This document shows, piece by piece, positions 24,230 through 32,000 of a stretch of 32,000 bases of DNA. The first letter of the stretch is position 1, and each line of letters starts with the position of its first letter. Position numbers and translations under genes: made by a program. The notes under the pieces were generated by a model. It saw only the letters and a program-made list of their open reading frames with translations, had not been told where the DNA came from and did no database searches. This stretch comes from an uncultured Opitutales bacterium. GTDB lineage: Bacteria > Verrucomicrobiota > Verrucomicrobiia > Opitutales > UBA9783. The stretch spans positions 240,001 to 272,000 of the forward strand of contig CAKUSQ010000001.1 of NCBI GenBank assembly GCA_934691225.1, in the 5' to 3' direction.

Positions 24230-25372
24230 ATGCCGATTAAATTTACTTTACTTGCAAGTATGTTCGGGTGTTTATGCGCCTTTGGTTCTCAAAATGAAAA
24301 TCAACCAGCTTCTGCTACAAATCCTACCACTGCAATATCCGGTAACGCAGAAGAAAAAATTCAAACAAAAAGCATAGATCCCCGCTTATCTAAAAAATGT
24401 GCTTCATTAGCTTCTTCTATTTTTATTAAAGCTTACGAAAAAGGAAAATTTATTGGAATTGTTTTAATTGATAGAGGACGTCCTCCTTTGGGATTAGCTT
24501 TACCAGGTGGCCTCATTCGTTACGAAGAAACAGCTGAAGGTTGTGCAAAAAGAACCTTGTTCGATGAATGCGGAATTCCTGTTGTCTCAAATCTTCATCA
24601 GTTTCATGTCTATTCAGATCCTCAACGCGATCCAAGAATGCATGTAATCGATACCGTATTTACAGCTCGTATTGATGATGTTCAATTAAGCCCAGGGACA
24701 GATGCTAAACGCACGCACATATATGCTATCGATGAAATTCCTTGGGATAAACTTTGCTTTGATCATCGTGAAATTTTAAGAGATTGCTTAAATCATGAAT
24801 TCAATCAAAGTTCTATAGTTTCTACTGAAAAAACAACTGAAAAACCAGAAAATATATCTAAAGCAGAAAGAAACAAAGCTGATTTTGCAATTGCAGCCAA
24901 AAAGGCTTACCATCCGCCATTCTTAGCTGCCTCCGTTATCATTGAAATGTATGAAAAAGGCATATTTAAAGGTATTGTTTTAATTGAACGCGGTAAAACA
25001 CCTTTTGGCATGGCTATTCCTGGCGGACACGTCGAATATGGTGAAAAAGTTGATTACACAGCTCAACGAGAAATGCGCGAAGAATGCAATTTAGAATTAA
25101 AAGATTTGCGTCAGTTTAAGGTCTATTCGTCACCAGATCGCGATCCAAGAAAACATACAATCGATGTTATTCACATTGCACGCGTAGATGACATGATGCC
25201 AAAAGCAGGCGATGATGCTGCTAAAGCATTTGTTTATTCTTTAGATCAAATTCCTTGGGATAAGTTAGTGTTTGATCATGCTAAAATCTTAAAAGATTAT
25301 TTAGCTTACCGAAACGGATCATTCGATAATACATGTGTTGATTGTTACAAAAAAGTAAACACACAAAATTAA
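24230..25372 (+). CDS. Tandem-Nudix protein with an N-terminal signal or lipoprotein-like sequence
   Basis: I prefer the ATG at 24230 (MPIKFTLLASMFGCLCAFGSQ) to the TTG at 24194 used in the track. Two homologous halves each carry a Nudix box: GLIRYEETAEGCAKRTLFDECGI is degenerate (RE to RT, EE to DE), and GHVEYGEKVDYTAQREMREECNL keeps the catalytic residues. Both halves share Y-S-x-P-x-RDPR and IPWDKL.FDH..IL motifs. Confidence 0.75.
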   Translation: MPIKFTLLASMFGCLCAFGSQNENQPASATNPTTAISGNAEEKIQTKSIDPRLSKKCASLASSIFIKAYEKGKFIGIVLIDRGRPPLGLALPGGLIRYEETAEGCAKRTLFDECGIPVVSNLHQFHVYSDPQRDPRMHVIDTVFTARIDDVQLSPGTDAKRTHIYAIDEIPWDKLCFDHREILRDCLNHEFNQSSIVSTEKTTEKPENISKAERNKADFAIAAKKAYHPPFLAASVIIEMYEKGIFKGIVLIERGKTPFGMAIPGGHVEYGEKVDYTAQREMREECNLELKDLRQFKVYSSPDRDPRKHTIDVIHIARVDDMMPKAGDDAAKAFVYSLDQIPWDKLVFDHAKILKDYLAYRNGSFDNTCVDCYKKVNTQN

Positions 25373-25394
25373 TCCTCCTTTTGATTGCACCCGT

Positions 25395-25423
25395 AAAAGT
25401 GAAAGTTTAACACTTTCACTTTT
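25395..25423. terminator. Bidirectional hairpin between convergent genes
   Basis: AAAAGTGAAAGT (25395-25406) and ACTTTCACTTTT (25412-25423) form a perfect 12-bp stem with a 5-nt loop. T-rich sequence follows on the plus strand and A-rich sequence precedes it. The hairpin sits between the 25372 (+) and 25433 (-) gene ends. Confidence 0.65.
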
Positions 25424-25432
25424 ATTTGTTTA

Positions 25433-27475
25433 TTACACGTAGCACAATGGTAAATCTTCAAAGCTTTCTTCTGGCAACATTTCATAACAACCTGTTGTTT
25501 GAATTTGCTTCATCCAATCCAAAACCCCTTGTACTGACATTTCTACTTCTGAAAATTTCAACATAGTTGCTTGTCCATCGCGTCGAACCACCATTAATGT
25601 AACTTTTTCAAATAAATTCTGAATTTGTTGACCATACAAGAATAACTGCAAAGCGTGTCCACGACTCATCTGATAGGGCGTAAAAAGATAATGTAACGAT
25701 GTTTTAAAATCCACAACAACCGCTTCCTTTTCAACTGCATTGACAGCCAAAAAATCGACACGCCCCTTTAAATCTACATGATTTGGCAAAGGCCACTCAG
25801 AATACACACACCATTCTTTTTGAAAAAAAGAAGCACAACTATTCGTCATTCTTAAACTCATTGACAATGCACGCTCATGCCACTGCTTTATTAAAAATGG
25901 TACATTCAGTTTATTCAAATAACACCACATCTGTTCTGAATTTTTTAAAACATTTGCCTTCCAATCATCTACACTTCGCGGCATAAATTTAAACTGTAAA
26001 TTTTCATGCACCCATTCCCCTATTATCTTGGCCTTTAAATAATCATTACTTACGTTCAATGATTGCGTTTTTAGAATCGTTTTTAACCATGTGTTGCGTG
26101 GACATAAATAAAAACGTTCCCAATTTTTACATGAAAAATTAACTCTATTTACAGGCAAGTTTAATGCATTAAAGGGCTGCCGTGTATCTCCTAAAGCATT
26201 GAACTCGTAAACCTCCGTACTTGTAACTGGATATAAAGGATCTTGCACATCATTTTTATCATTTAACAAGGGTGCACATATTTCTACTTTTGAGGATCTC
26301 TGTGCAATTTCCTGTATCCAATGCATAATTTTTTGATCTTTAACTGCACTTGCTTTTACTCCATTTAAAAGCAAACAATGACCTTTTATTGGTAAATATT
26401 GCGCATCTTTCCAACCTAAAACCCATGATTTTTCTTCGGCCTGCATGGTTAATATACGCCGAAGCCCATCAAAAAACTGCGCTTTGCTCAAAATCAAAGG
26501 ACATTGATATACATCTCCAACTTTTTTTACAAGTAAAGAAGGCACTTGATCTTTAATACTAGCCCACCATTCAGTCAATGTAGCTTGTTGTGGTTTATTT
26601 TCGCACACAAATGGCTCTATCCAATGTTTTTGTGCAGATTTTAGAAAGTTATAAAGGCTTGCATAATCATCTGTAAAACATTTTTCACTCGCACCCTTTA
26701 AATCATTCTGATAATTCTTAAATAAAGCATCCTCCTGCACAATTATCCGCAAATATATCAAAAAATAACCTAATGTTCCATGCTCTTGCCAATCTAACCA
26801 AGCAGCTACTTCAAAATGACATCGATGTTTTTGTACCAAAACACTTGTATGAACCGCATGAAGATCAATCACACAAACTTTAGAAAATTTTTCTACATGT
26901 TGCGTTAACCAAAAACGCTGCGCAGACAGGTTTTTAACAGATATGGTACAAACCGTACTCAAAGTTTCTGCAATATGCACTTTAATATCTTCAAAATCGC
27001 GCTTTATAACATAAAACTCATTGCACACAGAAAATTGCTTAATCCATTGGGTAATAACTTCTTTTGGAAAGTCTCCAAAAAACACCAACCGTTCTACAGA
27101 AAAAATTGACGGCAATGTCACTTTTAGAGATGAAATTGTACAAAATTTTTCTACTGCCAACCATTCTTGCCAATTACCTTTAACTGCCTCTGACCACCCT
27201 TGATCATTCAAACAAACAGGATCATTTATCCAAAAACACTCTGGCATCCAATGCATAAATACTTGCGGCAAAGGATTTTGTCCTAATTTTTTTAGCCATT
27301 GCGAAGGGGTAAACAAAATTTCTTTTGGAAATTGAGGCCAAAATGTTAGAAATTGCTCCCTAAAAAATTCATCTGGGACCAAAACAACACTGTTTTTGCA
27401 TACCACACATTTCTGTAAGCAATCGTAACATTGCTCTGCGGAATCACATAAAAACACCTTGACCATAACCAACAA
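25433..27475 (-). CDS. AddB-like PD-(D/E)XK nuclease-family protein without a P-loop
   Basis: The C-terminal domain has WERFYLCPRNTWLK (the Cys-Pro segment seen in AddB/Cas4-type nucleases). It is followed by GRVDFLAV, VVVDFKTS (D...D/E-x-K) and ALQLFLYGQ (QxxxY). I found no GxxGxGK[ST] anywhere in the 680 aa. Confidence 0.6.
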   Translation of the reverse strand: MLVMVKVFLCDSAEQCYDCLQKCVVCKNSVVLVPDEFFREQFLTFWPQFPKEILFTPSQWLKKLGQNPLPQVFMHWMPECFWINDPVCLNDQGWSEAVKGNWQEWLAVEKFCTISSLKVTLPSIFSVERLVFFGDFPKEVITQWIKQFSVCNEFYVIKRDFEDIKVHIAETLSTVCTISVKNLSAQRFWLTQHVEKFSKVCVIDLHAVHTSVLVQKHRCHFEVAAWLDWQEHGTLGYFLIYLRIIVQEDALFKNYQNDLKGASEKCFTDDYASLYNFLKSAQKHWIEPFVCENKPQQATLTEWWASIKDQVPSLLVKKVGDVYQCPLILSKAQFFDGLRRILTMQAEEKSWVLGWKDAQYLPIKGHCLLLNGVKASAVKDQKIMHWIQEIAQRSSKVEICAPLLNDKNDVQDPLYPVTSTEVYEFNALGDTRQPFNALNLPVNRVNFSCKNWERFYLCPRNTWLKTILKTQSLNVSNDYLKAKIIGEWVHENLQFKFMPRSVDDWKANVLKNSEQMWCYLNKLNVPFLIKQWHERALSMSLRMTNSCASFFQKEWCVYSEWPLPNHVDLKGRVDFLAVNAVEKEAVVVDFKTSLHYLFTPYQMSRGHALQLFLYGQQIQNLFEKVTLMVVRRDGQATMLKFSEVEMSVQGVLDWMKQIQTTGCYEMLPEESFEDLPLCYV

Positions 27476-27500
27476 TTACATTTAATTCTTATAAAGCACA

Positions 27501-28229
27501 ATGACAAGCGAAAAAAAGGACATCGCCCTTCAAAAAAATAGGCAAGAACATAATGAAAAAACACTTCTGTGGGAATTGTTTTTCAATCTATGTTTGCCCA
27601 CATTATTTCTCATGAAAGGACACGTTTGGTTACCTTTATCGCCTAAAGTTTCTTTAGCTATTGCCATTGCTTGCCCACTATCTTATGGAATTATAGACTG
27701 GATCCGCGAATCACATTTCAATTGGATCTCATTTTTAGGACTTATTAGTATTACTATTAAGGGAAGCGTAGGATTATTTGAAGGATCCAATCATTGGTTA
27801 GCCATTAACGAAATGCTGCTTCCAAGCATCATGGGATGCACATTGATCGTATTAAGAATTTTACGAAAACCTCCATTTTTAACAAAATTTCTCCTAAACA
27901 ATCAATTTTGTTACGTTGAAAAAATTAATCAAGCCATGACAGAACGTAAAACCCTAAACCGGTTGCAAAAACATATTATGGTCTATGAGTGGGCTCTAGC
28001 AGGCTTGTTTTTTTTCAGCGCTCTTCTAAATTACGTCTTGGCACGCTACCTTGTCGTACACCCTGCAGGAAGCGCTGAATTTAATCATGAACTAGGACTT
28101 CTGACAGGATGGAGCTTTGCTATCATTGCTGTACCTGCGACTTTAGGTTTGCTTTTTATTGTATGGCGTTTTTTTGTTCAAGTTAAAAAATTATCAGGTC
28201 TATCATGGGAAGAAATTTTAAAAAATTAA
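27501..28229 (+). CDS. Multi-pass inner-membrane protein of unknown function
   Basis: 242 aa with a polar N-terminus and then about 6 hydrophobic helices. Its 3' end overlaps the next gene by 25 nt. Confidence 0.55.
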   Translation: MTSEKKDIALQKNRQEHNEKTLLWELFFNLCLPTLFLMKGHVWLPLSPKVSLAIAIACPLSYGIIDWIRESHFNWISFLGLISITIKGSVGLFEGSNHWLAINEMLLPSIMGCTLIVLRILRKPPFLTKFLLNNQFCYVEKINQAMTERKTLNRLQKHIMVYEWALAGLFFFSALLNYVLARYLVVHPAGSAEFNHELGLLTGWSFAIIAVPATLGLLFIVWRFFVQVKKLSGLSWEEILKN

Positions 28230-28873
28230 AGCTATCATCAAACGGATTCACAATGATAGAAATGTTAGCCATCATTACAATCATTGGCATATTTTCAGGA
28301 TTTTTATTCCCTTATGGTAGCAAATTGATACGCAAGGCCAATGTATCTAAAGATGCACATAATTTGCGACAAATTGCATTATCTTATACCACTTTAATGC
28401 AAACAAATGAAAATTATCTGTCCGCTTTTGAAAACATTCGTACCAGTAATGATTGGGCTATTTGCTTAGCTACACAAGGTGGTATCAATGAGAAACAATG
28501 CTACTTATCTTCTCTCGGGCCTAAAGCAACGGGAACACGTATGATTGTAGACAAGTTCAATCGTGTACAGGATGCTTTTCAAAAAGCTTCCCTAAGTTGG
28601 ATTTGTTTGTGTCCTATCCCCAGTGATGCACCTATTGAAACTACACCCTTATTATATTCTTCCGGGTTAGATGCATCTTTAGGACAATGGACCGCAAATA
28701 GCCTCTATGGACAAGAAGGCGGTTTTATCGTGTATTTAGACGGCCATGTAAAGTTTCATAACAATTTAAAGGATCAACTCATTAACTACCATACGGGACA
28801 ACCTACATCGTACATTCAAGAAGCTGTTCCAAAACATACACATGCGTATGACTCAGCTGGACGTGTGTGGTAG
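28205..28873 (+). CDS. Orphan prepilin-type (pseudopilin-like) protein
   Basis: Basic leader plus SSNGFTMIEMLAIITIIGIF (G/FTxxE methylation motif). The C-terminal GGFIVYLDGHVKF resembles the DG-containing end of the processing-associated pseudopilin families that are abundant in PVC-group bacteria. Confidence 0.7.
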   Translation: MGRNFKKLKLSSNGFTMIEMLAIITIIGIFSGFLFPYGSKLIRKANVSKDAHNLRQIALSYTTLMQTNENYLSAFENIRTSNDWAICLATQGGINEKQCYLSSLGPKATGTRMIVDKFNRVQDAFQKASLSWICLCPIPSDAPIETTPLLYSSGLDASLGQWTANSLYGQEGGFIVYLDGHVKFHNNLKDQLINYHTGQPTSYIQEAVPKHTHAYDSAGRVW

Positions 28874-28913
28874 TTGGTCTTGACAAAAGTTGAGAATTTG
28901 CTTTTATAAAAGC

Positions 28914-30284
28914 ATGCAGTTTGTTATCGCTGGAGGGGGTGAAGTTGGCCTAGCTATCAGTAAAATACTCTTACGACGCGGTTATAATGTAGCCATTATT
29001 GAAAAAAATCCAGATGTTGTTAAAAATCTTAGCGAGCAACTATCCGCACATATTATTCTAGGAGATATTACTTTCTTTTCAACTTTGCAGCAAATTGATT
29101 GGCCACAAACGAAAGCATTCCTAGCTATGACCCAAGATGATGCTGTTAATTTATTGGCCTGTCAATTAACAAAAACACTCGGAGCCCAACGAACGATTTG
29201 CCGAATCCACTTAGCTTTACAAAAAGAAGCTCAAAACTTCAATTATTCATCACATTTTTCTCTTGATAATACCATAAACACACAACACAGTTGTGCTTTT
29301 TCCATTGCAAAATTTTTGCGTCCTACCCACCGAGTAACTTTAGAACAATACGCTCAAGGTTTTATTGAATTACGTTCTTTAATGGTTGAAGCTAAATCTC
29401 CTTTAATTGGAAAAACATTACAAGAATTAGCACTTAACCACGACATTCGTATTGGTTTAATTCAACGCAATCAAACCTACTTCATTCCTTCACGTGATAC
29501 TCTTATACAAGAAAACGATCAACTAACCTTAGCAGGGACTAACCTATCTATTTTAAACTTTAGCAAACATTTAAACCCACTTAAAACATTTACACACGTA
29601 ACACTTTTTTCCGGTAGCGAAGTAAGTCAAACACTCATATTGCTTCTAAAAAACGCTCGATTTAAAATAAAAATTATTGAAAGTTCATTGGAAACTTGTC
29701 AGCAACTATCAGATCAATACCCCAATGTATCTGTAATTCATGGAGATGCCACGTTATTACCTGTTCTACAAGAAGAGCAAATACAAACATCTGATTATTT
29801 TATTGCTTGCAGCAATGATGATGAAAAAAATATTATTGCCTGTTTACAAGCCAAAAAGGCTGGCGCTAAACATACAATTCTCTGGGTCAATAAGGAAGAA
29901 TACGAAGGTGTTTGTGATATTTTAGCTTCAAAAATCGATGTAGATCACGTCATATCCACTCAAAGTTGTTTGTGGAAAGACTTAGAATCTATGTTATTTC
30001 CTCAAAGTATTACCTCTATCGATATTTTAGGGCAAGATACACTGCATCCTGTAGAAATTCTAGAAATTGAAATTCCTTTTGGTGCAACTATAGAAGGATT
30101 ACCTCTGCATAAAATTGCACGTCCTAAAGAATGCATTTTTCTCATTTTAAAACATAAATTTCGCATAAAAGTTCCTTCTGCTCAAGACATATTACTAGGG
30201 GGTGATCGCATTGTAGCTGCTATCGCTTTAGAACATCGAGAGCAACTTATACAACTTCTCACGCATAAAGATTTACCTGCTTAA
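28914..30284 (+). CDS. trkA: Trk potassium-uptake NAD-binding subunit TrkA
   Basis: I use the ATG at 28914 (MQFVIAGGGEVGLAISKIL, Rossmann GxGxxG) rather than the TTG at 28890. There are two RCK-N/RCK-C repeats. The second nucleotide-binding motif is degenerate (LFSGSEVSQ). Confidence 0.85.
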   Translation: MQFVIAGGGEVGLAISKILLRRGYNVAIIEKNPDVVKNLSEQLSAHIILGDITFFSTLQQIDWPQTKAFLAMTQDDAVNLLACQLTKTLGAQRTICRIHLALQKEAQNFNYSSHFSLDNTINTQHSCAFSIAKFLRPTHRVTLEQYAQGFIELRSLMVEAKSPLIGKTLQELALNHDIRIGLIQRNQTYFIPSRDTLIQENDQLTLAGTNLSILNFSKHLNPLKTFTHVTLFSGSEVSQTLILLLKNARFKIKIIESSLETCQQLSDQYPNVSVIHGDATLLPVLQEEQIQTSDYFIACSNDDEKNIIACLQAKKAGAKHTILWVNKEEYEGVCDILASKIDVDHVISTQSCLWKDLESMLFPQSITSIDILGQDTLHPVEILEIEIPFGATIEGLPLHKIARPKECIFLILKHKFRIKVPSAQDILLGGDRIVAAIALEHREQLIQLLTHKDLPA

Positions 30285-30288
30285 ATTT

Positions 30289-31737
30289 ATGAAGCCACTT
30301 TATCGGCCCCTTGCTCTGAGTTTTTTTATCCAAACCATTTGTTTCTCCATTTGTGCATTGATTGGACATCTGGTTTTTGATGAAAATATCACTGATTGGA
30401 TTCCATCCATCATTATCGCACTGCTTTTATCCTTTATTTGTTTTAATTGTATAAAGCCGAAAAATTTCCTTTTTACACGCGAAATTCTTTTAACTACTGG
30501 TTTACTGTGGCTTACAACCACATGCATCGGAACACTTCCCTACCTCCTTATTGCTGATTGCGATTTTTCCACAGCTTTCTTTGAATCAGCATCAGGATTA
30601 ACAACCACAGGTGCATCCGCTATAAATAACATCGAACAAATTCCTCACAGTCTACTTCTTTGGCGTGCTTTATCGCAGTGGTTAGGGGGTCTAGGTTTAG
30701 TTATATTTTTCATTCCATTTTTAAACCATAACGATAACAGCAATAAAAAACTTTTCCTTCAAGAAACATCGTTTTCTGATGATTCTATAACACTTTTCAA
30801 TTTACGAAAAAATATTATTTCAGCGCTCGCTATGTATTTGTTATTAACTATCGTATGCTTTCTATCGCTAATCTATTTCAAAATACCCTATTTTGATGCG
30901 TTTTGTCACACTTTATCCACTGTTTCAACGGGCGGCTTCTCAATTTATACCGGCGGATTACCTTCATTGCATAACGTTTCTGTTGAAAACATATCGATGA
31001 TTTTTATGTTTTTAGGAGGGATCAACTTCTTATTTTTAGCTCAAATATTCACCACAAAAGGGCCATCATTTATTTTTAATCAAGAATTCAGAACCTATAT
31101 TTTTTTAATCTCTCTAAGTACCTGCATTTTCACTTTTTTACTTATAAAAAACAACTTATTTTCTACTTATGAAGCCATTCATCATGCCGCATTTCAAGCT
31201 ATCTCAATCATTACAACGACAGGGTTACATTCTTGCAATTATTCAACGTGGCCATCGTTTGCACTCACACTCATATTGATACTTACATTCATAGGAGGTT
31301 GTTCAGGATCAACTTCTGGAGGATTTAAAATTTTCAGAATCACTGCCCTCTTTAAAATTATTACTACGCAATTTGAAAAAGTTTTTCACCCCTCTATCAT
31401 TCGATCGGTACGCGTAAACAAGATCTTGTTGCCCGAAAACAAACAAATAGAGCTTTTACATTTTTTTATAATAAGTATTTTCATTATTTTTATAGGCACC
31501 TTAAGCATTCAAGCATCTATGCCATCTATCGATATTTTAACAGCTACATCTACCATTATTGCATGTTTATCAAACGTAGGTCCTGGTATAACATCCACCA
31601 TCGGGCCTAATGAAAATTTCGCACAATTTACACCTTCTGTAAAATTAATATTAGCCACGATAATGCTGTTAGGTCGTTTAGAAATATACGCTATTTTAGC
31701 TTTATTTTCTCGAAAATTTTGGAAAAACTTTGAATAA
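30289..31737 (+). CDS. trkH: Trk potassium-uptake membrane subunit TrkH
   Basis: 482-aa polytopic protein with repeated selectivity-filter-like segments (ASGLTTTGAS, LSTVSTGGFS, ITTTGL, SNVGPG). It lies immediately downstream of trkA. Confidence 0.88.
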   Translation: MKPLYRPLALSFFIQTICFSICALIGHLVFDENITDWIPSIIIALLLSFICFNCIKPKNFLFTREILLTTGLLWLTTTCIGTLPYLLIADCDFSTAFFESASGLTTTGASAINNIEQIPHSLLLWRALSQWLGGLGLVIFFIPFLNHNDNSNKKLFLQETSFSDDSITLFNLRKNIISALAMYLLLTIVCFLSLIYFKIPYFDAFCHTLSTVSTGGFSIYTGGLPSLHNVSVENISMIFMFLGGINFLFLAQIFTTKGPSFIFNQEFRTYIFLISLSTCIFTFLLIKNNLFSTYEAIHHAAFQAISIITTTGLHSCNYSTWPSFALTLILILTFIGGCSGSTSGGFKIFRITALFKIITTQFEKVFHPSIIRSVRVNKILLPENKQIELLHFFIISIFIIFIGTLSIQASMPSIDILTATSTIIACLSNVGPGITSTIGPNENFAQFTPSVKLILATIMLLGRLEIYAILALFSRKFWKNFE

Positions 31738-32000
31738 TGAGCTTTGAAGAAACATTTCGAAATTTCTTACTAAACTGGTTCCAAACTAATGCACGCATTT
31801 TACCTTGGCGACAACAACCTTCTTTATATAAAACTATTGTTTCTGAGTTCATGCTGCAACAAACTCAAGTAAAAACCGTATTACCTTTTTTCAATCGTTG
31901 GATAAAACAATTCCCCACCTTTGAAGCTCTTGCACAAGCTTCAGAAGAACAAGTGGTGCAAGCTTGGGCCGGCCTAGGTTATTATTCTCGTGCAAAAAAT
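31737..32000 (+). CDS. mutY: A/G-specific adenine DNA glycosylase MutY, N-terminal part (continues beyond the window)
   Basis: My translation from the ATG at 31737 (TAATG overlap with the trkH stop) is MSFEETFRNFLLNWFQTNARILPWRQQPSLYKTIVSEFMLQQTQVKTVLPFFNRWIKQFPTFEALAQASEEQVVQAWAGLGYYSRAKN. It contains LPWR, SE.MLQQTQV and W.GLGYYSRA. Confidence 0.88.
   Translation, partial: MSFEETFRNFLLNWFQTNARILPWRQQPSLYKTIVSEFMLQQTQVKTVLPFFNRWIKQFPTFEALAQASEEQVVQAWAGLGYYSRAKN

Noticed and set aside
28880-28910. TTGACA ... TATAAA sigma-70-like promoter upstream of trkA
   Set aside because: The spacing is 19 nt, and the predicted start site would fall on or after the trkA ATG at 28914. Only a speculative leaderless arrangement would work, so I do not report it as a feature.
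2215-29925. The remaining short ORFs in the track that lie inside or antisense to longer, motif-supported genes. Examples: 2215-2421, 4320-4574, 6833-7066, 7174-7425, 7527-7778, 8636-8854, 10694-10915, 12078-12263, 13152-13457, 14512-14899, 15357-15557, 17197-17674, 18517-19088, 20255-20646, 21391-21651, 22102-22469, 23649-23849, 25783-27564, 29740-29925 and 30300-30527.
   Set aside because: Each overlaps a longer ORF carrying diagnostic motifs. They have low-complexity or stop-poor AT-rich composition and no recognisable domains.
1-32000. Search for CRISPR arrays, rRNA, transposases or integrases, toxin-antitoxin pairs and known defence-system signatures
   Set aside because: I saw no regularly spaced repeats, no rRNA-like sequence and no recombinase or transposase motifs in any frame. 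The only nuclease-like gene (25433-27475) is monocistronic and looks AddB-like rather than part of a defence operon.

Overview
AT-rich bacterial chromosomal segment, tightly packed: about 42 supportable CDSs and 2 tRNAs. I saw no rRNA, CRISPR array, transposase, integrase or phage genes. It looks origin-proximal. dnaA (9405-10790) is preceded by a 323-bp AT-rich spacer carrying DnaA-box-like 9-mers. Every gene to its left (1-9081) is on the minus strand, and dnaA plus the next three genes are on the plus strand. The left 8.5 kb is a compact type II secretion / type IV pilus-like locus read on the minus strand: zinc-ribbon ORF, short GspE-like ATPase, exported 184-aa ORF, ychF, gspG, H-, I-, J-, K-, L- and M-like genes, then the start of a secretin. 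The order is non-canonical, and no gspF, gspC or prepilin peptidase lies in the window. A second, more divergent GspE-like ATPase sits alone at 17.8 kb, and an orphan pseudopilin at 28.2 kb. The rest is mostly housekeeping: mpg, dnaA, thyA, folA, plsC, dCMP deaminase, yqgE, a SurA-like chaperone, rpsT, rnhB, gmk, sufS-sufU, maf, trkA-trkH and the mutY start. Interspersed items worth a second look are a Vat-type acetyltransferase, an orphan sigma-54 enhancer-binding response regulator, a near-consensus sigma-54 promoter with an upstream inverted repeat in front of an orphan 137-aa ORF, an apparently exported tandem-Nudix protein, a stand-alone AddB-like PD-(D/E)XK protein, and an unknown ORF in the slot usually held by dnaN. 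The pseudopilin-rich content and a C-terminal DGHV-type pseudopilin hint at a PVC-group or related lineage, but I cannot establish taxonomy from this window. All calls rest on reading the supplied translations and the DNA by eye. No database search, HMM, GC calculation or fold prediction was run. I did not find a clearly novel multi-gene system; the strongest candidates are the atypical secretion locus and the sigma-54 module.
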